DNA from: a virus
Lineage: Duplodnaviria; Caudoviricetes
Reading direction: 5' to 3' (one strand)
Length of the DNA stretch: 64,000 nucleotides
Virus record (IMG/VR): IMGVR_UViG_3300047313_000015
Coordinates: 1 to 64,000 of that record
The notes under the pieces are model-generated. The model made no database searches, had not been told where the DNA came from, and saw nothing but the letters and a program-made list of their open reading frames with translations. The translations under genes were made by a program, and so were the position numbers. Below, one piece after another: positions 47,703 to 55,307 of this stretch. How positions within the stretch are numbered: the stretch's first letter is position 1; the number at the start of each line of letters is the position of its first letter.

Positions 47703-48254
47703 ATGAACACCAATCGAATCGCAGAAATGACGGCACGATTGCACACCGCATGGAATGCCGCCACTGATGACCAGATTGCACGCGGGCGGGTATGGTATCC
47801 AGTCGCGCATGACCTGGCAGAAATGATCGGCAACGGCGATGTCCGTACCGGTGCCGGTATCATCGCGGCACTGTCCCCCCGCATGCAGTGGGACCGTAAC
47901 GCGCGGCTGGCCATCGATGCTGGCAACGGCAACGTGCACGGCGCGATGGGAGCGAGTCTGACAAAGGTCCAGCGCATCATAGACGGTGAGGATCCGGCCG
48001 ATGTTCTGCCCGCCGACGCCAAAACCGGGCACTTTTTCCAGAACATCCTGAACCCGGCCGACCCTGCCTATGTCACGATCGACGCGTGGGCATATCGCGC
48101 CGCTACCGGCGACTGGTCCGCAGCCGGGCCCAAGAATGCGCGTGACTATGCGGAGGTTGCCGCTGCCTACATCGCATTCGCTGATGACATTGGCGAGATT
48201 GCCAGCGTTGGCCAGGCCGGTGTCTGGATCTGGGCACGGGAGACCAAGCACTAG
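47703..48254 (+). CDS. DUF7178-like phage protein (possible HhH glycosylase-related fold)
   Basis: GRVWY, AALSP..W..N, KT..F..NI, VTID.WA, QA..W motifs. Confidence 0.65.
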   Translation: MNTNRIAEMTARLHTAWNAATDDQIARGRVWYPVAHDLAEMIGNGDVRTGAGIIAALSPRMQWDRNARLAIDAGNGNVHGAMGASLTKVQRIIDGEDPADVLPADAKTGHFFQNILNPADPAYVTIDAWAYRAATGDWSAAGPKNARDYAEVAAAYIAFADDIGEIASVGQAGVWIWARETKH

Positions 48255-48265
48255 AGAGGAGCATC

Positions 48266-48376
48266 ATGAAGCGATCAACCGTCCGCGCGTTTGCCATCCT
48301 GGCACTTATCGCTCTTACCCTGGTTATCATCGCTATTCTGGCATTTCTCGCCATTAGCATAGCGCTGGTGATCTAG
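48266..48376 (+). CDS. small membrane peptide (36 aa)
   Basis: GAGGAG RBS; single TM. Confidence 0.6.
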   Translation: MKRSTVRAFAILALIALTLVIIAILAFLAISIALVI

Positions 48377-48426
48377 TGCTCTCAATCGTGATCAGCCTCA
48401 CGGCTGATCTCGGTTGTGTCCGCTAG
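48373..48426 (+). promoter_or_regulatory. conserved intergenic hairpin, copy 2
   Basis: CTAGTGCTCT-CAATCG...CGGTTG-TGTCCGCTAG. Confidence 0.7.
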
Positions 48427-48449
48427 GTCGAAATGAAAGGACAGAAACA

Positions 48450-48734
48450 ATGGCCAGCACCGAACTATGCAGGCGATTCCCCTCACATCAGGGATTCGCT
48501 ACCAAGTATGACATCCCTACCAACACTGACCTGACATCATATGCGCTTACCGCGCATATGGACGGACGGCTAAGTGATCACCGGCTGGCGCTGATTCTCA
48601 CGTCATTCCGGTTGTATGCCGATAACGATCACTGGGCATCGATCGGAATCCGTGATCGCGCGCTACTCATGGCGGACGGTATGGGATATCAGGCTGAGCT
48701 AATCCGGATTGAGGCCACTGTCCGGCAGAGCTAG
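48450..48734 (+). CDS. hypothetical protein
   Basis: GAAAGGA RBS. Confidence 0.65.
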   Translation: MASTELCRRFPSHQGFATKYDIPTNTDLTSYALTAHMDGRLSDHRLALILTSFRLYADNDHWASIGIRDRALLMADGMGYQAELIRIEATVRQS

Positions 48735-48825
48735 TGCTCTGCATGGCAACCTAGGTAAGCACGGTTATAGACCGTGACAAGTAGGCGACATATTGCCTAG
48801 CCTAGGTTGCCGTGCTGTCCGCTAG
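48731..48825 (+). promoter_or_regulatory. conserved intergenic hairpin, copy 3
   Basis: CTAGTGCTCT-GCATGGCAACCTAGG...CCTAGGTTGCCGTGC-TGTCCGCTAG. Confidence 0.7.
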
Positions 48826-48867
48826 GTCCGTCAGCGATAACCGCTGGCATAATGAAAGGATACGGAC

Positions 48868-49767
48868 ATGTCCGCAGAGGGTCAGGACAAGATCTATACC
48901 ATGATCACCGACAAGATCATGGACGCACTGAAGAATGGCACCGTGCCATGGCGTAAGCCCTGGACCGCTGGTGGATGGCTGCCAGTGTCGATGTCCAGCC
49001 GTAAGCCGTATCGTGGCGTCAACATATGGCTACTGGCCATGGAGGCCGCAGAGCGTGGATATGACTCACCGTTCTGGGGCACATTTAAGCACATTGCGGA
49101 ACTGGGCGGCCAGGTCCGCAAAGGCGAAAAATCGTCAATCGTGGTTTTCTGGAAAAGAATCATGGTGGATGACAAGAATGCGCCTGACGGCAAGAAGGCC
49201 TTGTTCATGCTCCGCTACTATCGCGTGTTCAACGCCTGCCAGGCTGACGGTCTGCCGGATCGGTTTTACCCGGCTAAGGACAGTCCAGACAAGCCCGTAG
49301 AGGTGCTGGATGACGCGGAGGCCATCGTCAAGGGCTATCTGTCCGGTGACGGCCCTAGGCTGGTCAAGGTGGTTGGTAACCGTGCATTCTACACACCCGC
49401 TACGGACACGATCACGCTGCCAGAAGATGGGCAGTTCAGTTCAGCGGGCGGACGGTACTCGACCGTATTTCATGAGTGCGCCCATTCCACGGGTCACGCA
49501 TCCCGGCTGAGCCGTCCCGGACTGACCGATTTTGATCACTTCGGTTCCGGTCAGTACGCGCAGGAAGAACTAGTGGCTGAAATGACTGCTTCCTACCTGG
49601 CCGGTGTCTGCGGTATTGACACCGAACTAGACCAGAGTGCGGCCTATATCGCTAGTTGGCTCACGAAACTAGCGAACGATCACAAGATGGTCATCAGGGC
49701 CGCTGCGCAGGCACAGCACGCCGCCGACCTTATCCGTGGAATCAGTCACACGAATAACGAGAGCTAG
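48868..49767 (+). CDS. ardC: ArdC-family antirestriction ssDNA-binding protein with metallopeptidase domain
   Basis: PWRKPW, YRGVN, VRKGEK, VFN..Q, HE..HSTGH..RL.R, YA.EELVAE, SAAYI.SW. Confidence 0.92.
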   Translation: MSAEGQDKIYTMITDKIMDALKNGTVPWRKPWTAGGWLPVSMSSRKPYRGVNIWLLAMEAAERGYDSPFWGTFKHIAELGGQVRKGEKSSIVVFWKRIMVDDKNAPDGKKALFMLRYYRVFNACQADGLPDRFYPAKDSPDKPVEVLDDAEAIVKGYLSGDGPRLVKVVGNRAFYTPATDTITLPEDGQFSSAGGRYSTVFHECAHSTGHASRLSRPGLTDFDHFGSGQYAQEELVAEMTASYLAGVCGIDTELDQSAAYIASWLTKLANDHKMVIRAAAQAQHAADLIRGISHTNNES

Positions 49768-49926
49768 AGGGGTTTGATCGGGGCCAGCCCTGACGGTACA
49801 GCCTGGACTAGTTCTGTGCGGCCCTCAGCGTGGAGCTGAGGGCTTCGCAGTGCCAGCCCTAGGTCATCACAAGGGTTCGCAGATCGATCTTGTCAGGATC
49901 GCTTACAGAGACGGGAGGTGGGCACA

Positions 49927-50124
49927 GTGCACGCTGTGAAGGAGGCAGACAAGAAATTCCGCTGGCAGGTATGCCCACTGGACGGCTGCGGCAAGCGATA
50001 CAAGCAATTTGCCGGTGCGCCGCTGGGCGCATGCGATGAATGCCTAGGTCGCTTGTGCGATGAATTCTGGATGGTCTACAACCGGAACCATCCAGCCAAG
50101 CACTCAACAGAGGGAGCAACGTAA
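49927..50124 (+). CDS. small Cys-rich protein
   Basis: GGAGG RBS; CPLDGC...CDEC. Confidence 0.55.
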   Translation: MHAVKEADKKFRWQVCPLDGCGKRYKQFAGAPLGACDECLGRLCDEFWMVYNRNHPAKHSTEGAT

Positions 50125-50537
50125 TGCGCCTGGTCAGAAACCATGTCCGTGTCGTCACGATTTTTGGGGCGGTATTCTCCAGTGCTGCGGCAACGCTGGC
50201 CGCGCTGGCCGCTATCGGCGTAATCGCGCCTCCGGCCGGTGCAGCCACCAGCCCGAAGCTTCCGGAATGGGTGCAGGTGGAGCACTACCGCTACAAGTCC
50301 AGTGGTGAGGCTTGCGTCCTGGTCGGCACAGCCGGGCACAAGCACGTTGGCGCGGTCTGCCGCGATGGCAGCGCACACCGGCTGCCGGACAGTACGCCGC
50401 ATAACGCGCTCATCTCACCAAGTGCGCTGCCGCCCTGGCTTCACTCCTGGGGTGGTGGCCGGGTGATCGTGATCGGTGGCGGTAACGCTGACAGCACTCT
50501 GCGCCTCCGGGTGACCGGAGGTGTGGCTGAGAGCTAG
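50124..50537 (+). CDS. secreted / membrane protein
   Basis: signal-peptide-like N-terminus. Confidence 0.6.
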   Translation: MRLVRNHVRVVTIFGAVFSSAAATLAALAAIGVIAPPAGAATSPKLPEWVQVEHYRYKSSGEACVLVGTAGHKHVGAVCRDGSAHRLPDSTPHNALISPSALPPWLHSWGGGRVIVIGGGNADSTLRLRVTGGVAES

Positions 50538-50654
50538 ACACTGCCTATCGGGGTGGTCCGGACTGTCGGACCACTCTGGTAGAGTGTGCCTAGATAAGCA
50601 CACCGGCTAAGGCAGCAAGCATGATGCCGCTGCCAGGAAGAGAAGAGGAATGTC

Positions 50655-51746
50655 ATGTCAAAGGAATTTCTGGGCGAGGTCAAGGTCTGCCGCAGCGCCT
50701 ACGCTGTGGACCGTTCGGAGCCGCTGTTCATTTACCTCGGCGTGTGCACCGTGCATAACCGGCCGGTTCGGGTGGACATGAACCGGAACTTCGGTTCATT
50801 CACACAGATCCCGTGCCCGGAAGGCGACACGGTGAAGGGTGAGCGGCTGAACGCGGTCACCACTACGCTGGAATGCGACGGATCATGCCGTTCCGCATTT
50901 CACTCCGAGTGCGTCTGCGGCTGCGGCGGAATGAATCACGGGCTGTCATTCCTTAACAAGCTGATCGCGGAGTCTGGTGGCACTCATTTCGTTACCGGTG
51001 CGGTGCTGGATGAGCAGCACGTCACCGATTCCGCGCTGGCCACGTGGCGCGTTCGCCGCCAGAAGGTGGAAGAGAAGCGCGTGCAGCGGCAGGCCGCAAA
51101 GGCTGACCATGCGCGTGTCGCCTTTGACGAGTGGGCGGAAGTGCACAGCGATGTCGTCCGTGCCCTGGACGGCTGGCATGAGCACCGTACCGACACGGCG
51201 TGGCAGGACGCTACCGGCGTTAAGTGGGGTGCCCACATTCTGGTGGACTTCGCTATCCAGACTCACGGCGGCTGGAACGGCAAGCCCAAGCCGCTGACTG
51301 AGAAGCAGATTGCCCTGGCATTCAAGCTGCTCGGTGAAGGTGCGGAGCGCGTGTCCAAGAATGCTGCACGGGCCGCCGACGCCAAGCCCGCACCGGAAGG
51401 CCGCGTCACGATTGACGGCACGATTGTCAAGGTCACGGCCCGTGAGGGATTCAGCTACGACCAGATTCAGCATCAGATGATCGTTTCGAGTGACGGATTC
51501 GCTGTGCTGATGACTCTGCCTACGGCGATAGCGCAGGAGGCCTACCGGCTGAGCACGTCCAGCACTCTGCGGGATTCTTACGACGGTCCCGATTACGAGG
51601 CCATCGGCGCGCGGCTGACCGGCGTTCTGAAGGGTGCTTTCATCCGGGTTACCGTGAATGTCGAGCGATCCCGCAAGGATGAGTCATTCGGCTTCGGGAA
51701 GCGTCCCAGCGTCGTTAGCTGGGAACTGCCTGGCAAGCAGAACTAG
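50655..51746 (+). CDS. hypothetical protein (Cys-rich N-terminus, OB-fold-like C-terminus)
   Basis: CDGSC..A....C.C.CGG.NHG; LTEKQ; FGFGKRP. Confidence 0.75.
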   Translation: MSKEFLGEVKVCRSAYAVDRSEPLFIYLGVCTVHNRPVRVDMNRNFGSFTQIPCPEGDTVKGERLNAVTTTLECDGSCRSAFHSECVCGCGGMNHGLSFLNKLIAESGGTHFVTGAVLDEQHVTDSALATWRVRRQKVEEKRVQRQAAKADHARVAFDEWAEVHSDVVRALDGWHEHRTDTAWQDATGVKWGAHILVDFAIQTHGGWNGKPKPLTEKQIALAFKLLGEGAERVSKNAARAADAKPAPEGRVTIDGTIVKVTAREGFSYDQIQHQMIVSSDGFAVLMTLPTAIAQEAYRLSTSSTLRDSYDGPDYEAIGARLTGVLKGAFIRVTVNVERSRKDESFGFGKRPSVVSWELPGKQN

Positions 51747-51798
51747 GCGGTAAGGTGGCCGGGTGCAATGCCCGGCCACCTCGATCAGAGGGGAAGCA

Positions 51799-52269
51799 AT
51801 GAGAGACATCGATCACTACCGGCAATGGAACCGGGCATTCGATAGTGCCCGCGCCGCTGCGGCGGAAACTCTCGCCAATGACAGTGCGCTGGTCCTGCGA
51901 TCAATACACGCCGGGCTCCAGAGTCATCTGTCGGAGAACCCGAACGACGCTCGCTCGCTGGGCTTGTGCGCCGGTATCACTGACGTGCTGGATCAGAGAG
52001 TGCAGCAATTCGAGCCGGAAGGGCCACAGGAGCCGGAGCGTGTTTACTACGTTCAGGTGAAAGCCAGCCCGCGAAGTCACACGCTCACTTACAAGGGCCC
52101 TTTTTTCATCCCGGTGGGGAGTACGGTAACGCTCCCGCCACTTCCGTGGATGAACCACGAATGGACCGCCGAGGTTATCGGCACCGATAAGGGTGAGGGG
52201 TACAACGGCGAGGGGTACAACGGCGATATCAAGTCCGTTCTTTCCGCTACCTTCAAGCAGCGGAACTAG
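51799..52269 (+). CDS. hypothetical protein
   Basis: GAGGGG RBS. Confidence 0.65.
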   Translation: MRDIDHYRQWNRAFDSARAAAAETLANDSALVLRSIHAGLQSHLSENPNDARSLGLCAGITDVLDQRVQQFEPEGPQEPERVYYVQVKASPRSHTLTYKGPFFIPVGSTVTLPPLPWMNHEWTAEVIGTDKGEGYNGEGYNGDIKSVLSATFKQRN

Positions 52270-52275
52270 TTCGTA

Positions 52276-52448
52276 AGGCACGTTACAGATACCACGTCCG
52301 TGTCCGGGGCTTGGGGATAGTGCCAGCACGCTACGCGACTGGCACGGTTACCGGTACGTAGTTGCCGGTAACTGATTCACCTGGGAGGTTTCGCAATGCC
52401 AGGCCATTAGGTGCCTGGTAAACAGCGGCCGGTAATGTGGGAGTGCCT
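52276..52448 (+). ncRNA. candidate multibranched structured RNA
   Basis: closing AGGCAC/GTGCCT plus at least three internal hairpins. Confidence 0.5.
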
Positions 52449-52485
52449 GTTCTCGATAATTCAGCAAACGGAAGGAATGTGGAAA

Positions 52486-52611
52486 ATGACACACCCAATC
52501 GTCACAATTGACAGTTTCAACCGTACGTGGGTCGGCGGCCGATTGCTGACTGCGGATGAGGCCCGGCGTTACTGGCTGGACCGGGACGCCGACCGCGCGA
52601 AACTACGCTAG
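52486..52611 (+). CDS. small hypothetical protein (41 aa)
   Basis: GGAAGG RBS. Confidence 0.5.
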   Translation: MTHPIVTIDSFNRTWVGGRLLTADEARRYWLDRDADRAKLR

Positions 52612-52658
52612 GAGAGAGTGTCAGGGGGTGCCGGTACACTGGTGCTGGCACCCTTCAC

Positions 52659-52737
52659 GGGACTGGGCGGTATCGACGGATAAGGAAAACCGCACGCGGA
52701 CCTTATCCGGACCTGGGTTCGATTCCCAGCAGTTCCA
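52659..52737 (+). ncRNA. mini-tmRNA: tRNA-like domain only, no mRNA-like domain
   Basis: GGGACTG/CAGTTCC-A with G3.U70; D-loop GGTATCGAC; P2 CGGATAAGG/CCTTATCCG; GAC linker; T arm CTGGG-TTCGATT-CCCAG. Confidence 0.8.
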
Positions 52738-52752
52738 CGTAATTGCATAAAG

Positions 52753-53015
52753 TGTGTGCCCTGTTGAGGGTGTGCGTGCGGGCTAGCGAAAGCTAGCGGG
52801 GCCAGAAGCAAGCGCAAGACGCCTGGTCGCGCCGGATTTATCCGGCCCATGGTGGGGAGAAGCCCGAAAGGGCCTAATCGCATGTAAAGGCTGCATGCAG
52901 ATCCTTTGGCAACGTCAATAAGACCATAGGTACGACGGGTTGGCCGGATTTGTGTGGCGGTAAGGTCTACTGCCCTGTCCCACGTGCCGCACGTACAACC
53001 CCATCGGGGCACACG
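52753..53015 (+). ncRNA. candidate ~260-nt structured ncRNA
   Basis: long closing stem, two GAAA tetraloop hairpins, no credible ORF. Confidence 0.6.
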
Positions 53016-53040
53016 TAAACCAATGAGAGAAGGAAACGGC

Positions 53041-53463
53041 ATGACCATTATAGAGATACGGGCTCAGCTAGACGCTCAGATCGCCGAGCCGGTTAACATC
53101 AGGGGCATGACCCGTGACCAGCGCCGGGCGGATATGGACCGCTGGCTGGCGGACTGCCTGGCACAGAGCGAGCGGCTGGATGAGGAGCATTTGCTCCTCG
53201 GGATCGGCCGTACTGCTGCGGTTAACATGACGCACGAACTCATCTGGGAATGGCAGTATGCCACATCCTCCAGGTGGTTCCTGGCTCTTCCTGAGCGTTA
53301 CATGACTCCCGATAGTATGTCTCGCCCGGACTGGGATCACAGCCACTACCCCCACGACGAGCACGGGAACATTGGCCGGGTTGCCACTCTTCAGCGCCCA
53401 GAGACCGCCGAGGATCGACGCGCTGCGGAGATGGTCCGCGCTGCGCTTGCAAGTAACGACTAA
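53041..53463 (+). CDS. hypothetical protein
   Basis: GAAGGA RBS. Confidence 0.65.
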   Translation: MTIIEIRAQLDAQIAEPVNIRGMTRDQRRADMDRWLADCLAQSERLDEEHLLLGIGRTAAVNMTHELIWEWQYATSSRWFLALPERYMTPDSMSRPDWDHSHYPHDEHGNIGRVATLQRPETAEDRRAAEMVRAALASND

Positions 53464-53500
53464 GCGCAACCGCGCTCTACGGAATCAGAAAGGTCAGGTC

Positions 53501-53692
53501 ATGATTCTTACCTTCACCGAAACACCACTCAGTCCCGAAGATGCTTACGCCGCGCTGCGGGCGCTTGGATACGGCAGTAGGTTCGCCGGGCAGGCTGTCG
53601 CGGAGGCTGAGGCTGAGGGACAATTCTACGGCCCCGATCTCGAAGTCACCTCAAGTGACGCCGGGATCATGTTCACCGTTCGCAGCATTTAG
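53501..53692 (+). CDS. small protein with RuvA C-terminal-like motif
   Basis: EDAYAALRALGY. Confidence 0.55.
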   Translation: MILTFTETPLSPEDAYAALRALGYGSRFAGQAVAEAEAEGQFYGPDLEVTSSDAGIMFTVRSI

Positions 53693-53701
53693 GGAGGCAG
53701 C

Positions 53702-53860
53702 ATGAAGGTACGTGTGGTCCTGGTGGTCGAGCTTGACCCGAAGGCCTGGCAGGAAGAGTACGGCGTGACCGATGTCCGCGAGGATGTCCGCGAGTACGTG
53801 CTGAACATGGCACAGAGTGAGATAGCACGAACCGGCGTTAGCGTTACGTTGGGAGGGTGA
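53702..53860 (+). CDS. small hypothetical protein (52 aa)
   Basis: GGAGG RBS; MKVRVVLVVELDPKAWQEEYG. Confidence 0.6.
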   Translation: MKVRVVLVVELDPKAWQEEYGVTDVREDVREYVLNMAQSEIARTGVSVTLGG

Positions 53861-53866
53861 CTGACG

Positions 53867-54013
53867 ATGATAGCCCTAGGGCATTTCATCCTGGTCCTGA
53901 TGGCGATATCCTTTGTGGCCGGTATGGCACATGAGATCTGGACTAAGATCCAGGCTGCTAAGGTAGCAAAGGCAGAAGCGGCAGAGCGGGACACCGAAGA
54001 GAGCACCCGGTGA
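53867..54013 (+). CDS. small membrane protein (48 aa)
   Basis: GGAGG RBS; single TM. Confidence 0.55.
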   Translation: MIALGHFILVLMAISFVAGMAHEIWTKIQAAKVAKAEAAERDTEESTR

Positions 54014-54095
54014 CCAGCTACTGCCCCCGGTGCCACCGCCCCTATGTGGACTGGGACCGGCACCTGAAGATCTGCACGGGAAGGAAGAGGTAACG

Positions 54096-54452
54096 ATGGC
54101 CGGGTGCACTTGCGCGATGGGCCAGGGTCAGTGCGGGATCAACGCCTGTCACTGCACTACGACAATCATGGACTGCATTGTCCATGGCACAAGCGAGATC
54201 GCGCAGCGGGAGCGTGAGCTAGCTGAACCCGCACTGGTGCTGGTGATCGCTCACGACTACCGGGATTACGTGACCTGGTGCCGGGAGAACCCGGATACCT
54301 ACCGGGACTGCCGCGTTATCTATGCCCGGGACGAGCGGTCATTGCAGGGCCTGGTGGGACCGGCTGAGGTAATCACGACTATGCGCGGCTACTTCCGGCG
54401 GGACATTATGGATATCCGCCGCGCCGTCCGTGTCGTTCAGCAGCATGCATAA
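54096..54452 (+). CDS. hypothetical protein
   Basis: GAGG RBS; Cys-rich N-terminus. Confidence 0.6.
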   Translation: MAGCTCAMGQGQCGINACHCTTTIMDCIVHGTSEIAQRERELAEPALVLVIAHDYRDYVTWCRENPDTYRDCRVIYARDERSLQGLVGPAEVITTMRGYFRRDIMDIRRAVRVVQQHA

Positions 54453-54457
54453 CAGAG

Positions 54458-54488
54458 AGGGCCGCCCCGAGAGGGGCGGCCCTTTTTT
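54458..54488 (+). terminator. intrinsic terminator ending the early cassette
   Basis: GGGCCGCCCC-GAGA-GGGGCGGCCC-TTTTTT. Confidence 0.9.
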
Positions 54489-54629
54489 ACTGTCTGAAAC
54501 TAGTTGCTGATCGGCAAGCAAGGATCGCGGCCCTGAGAGCCCCTGTAAGCCCCGTAAATTCTGGACCCACCCGATCACCCCACCCCGGTGCCTTCAGGCC
54601 GTCTCCGTGGATCTGGGGGCCGGGAAGAG

Positions 54630-54975
54630 CTATCTGTGTCGTCTGCGCCAGGCTGAGTTGCACTTGAAAGTGAGCCGGGGCCAGATTACCTAGATCATTC
54701 CCACCCCCAAGGCGTTTGGGCACCAGATGCTCGGCAGTGATCATCTCTTCCAGCCCGAACGGCTGGCCGCAGATCACGCACGGGCGGCCGGTCTCCCTGG
54801 TATGCCTGACCATGGCACGGCGATTCTGGTCATACTCCGCGTCATACCCGCGAGCCTGCCGGGACGGACGGTTAGCCGGTTGCCTCCGCTGCTGTGGCGG
54901 GCGCAATGCCAGGCACGTATCGCACATCGAGGCCCGTACCGGCGTGCCACATACGAAACATGGCCGCTTAAGCAT
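54630..54975 (-). CDS. packaging-associated HNH endonuclease, split by a +1 frameshift
   Basis: RPC..CG, RGYDAEY, C..CG, EH...GG...NL.PAH; final CN lies in the +1 frame after CAC TTT C (54667-54669). Confidence 0.75.
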
Positions 54976-55307
54976 TAGCTCGCCTTGATCGTCAGAGGCC
55001 CGTAGAACACGACGAAAATCGCGTTATTGGTATCGGTGAGAGTGAGTTTCCACCATTGCACACCTGAAGTTGTAACGTTGGCGTGCGGGATAACAAGCTT
55101 AAGCTGACCGAGTGCAGAACTTACGATTGTCAGCCCGGAACCCACCTGGTAAAGAGTGGCCCCGCTGTCGAGCGCGTCCTTGGTGGCTTTCTGGTATGCC
55201 TTGGGAGTAAAACCTGTCAGCGGGAGAATTGCACCGTTCAGTGTGACATTAAGATTGAACGCGGTGTCACTGTTGGCCAGAACCATCAAAGGGAAGTATT
55301 GCGACAT
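54975..55307 (-). CDS. virion structural protein (BppU N-terminal-like Ig fold)
   Basis: beta-rich 110 aa, follows the repeat protein. Confidence 0.6.
   Translation of the reverse strand: MSQYFPLMVLANSDTAFNLNVTLNGAILPLTGFTPKAYQKATKDALDSGATLYQVGSGLTIVSSALGQLKLVIPHANVTTSGVQWWKLTLTDTNNAIFVVFYGPLTIKAS

Noticed and set aside
46660-48825. CTAGTGCTCT/TGTCCGCTAG repeats as a CRISPR array or attC-type cassette sites
   Set aside because: The repeats are separated by whole genes, no cas or integron integrase is in the window, and G.U pairs in the stems point to an RNA-level structure.
52195-52224. 15-bp tandem duplication (EGYNG twice); also a 12-bp duplication at 53771
   Set aside because: Simple in-frame slippage duplications with no evidence of function.
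52586-52611. Possible tmRNA tag ORF (AACTACGCT) upstream of the mini-TLD
   Set aside because: It is the 3' end of a small ORF in another frame and does not end in an Ala-Ala-stop tag.
46738-52611. Stop-codon recoding suggested by frequent TAG stops
   Set aside because: TAG ends coincide with gene boundaries and the CTAG hairpin elements, conserved genes are intact in code 11, and no CUA suppressor tRNA is seen.
52753-53015. Group I intron, RNase P RNA or raiA motif identity
   Set aside because: No P7 G-binding consensus and no GAGGAAAGUCC; similarity to raiA is limited to short words in a different order.
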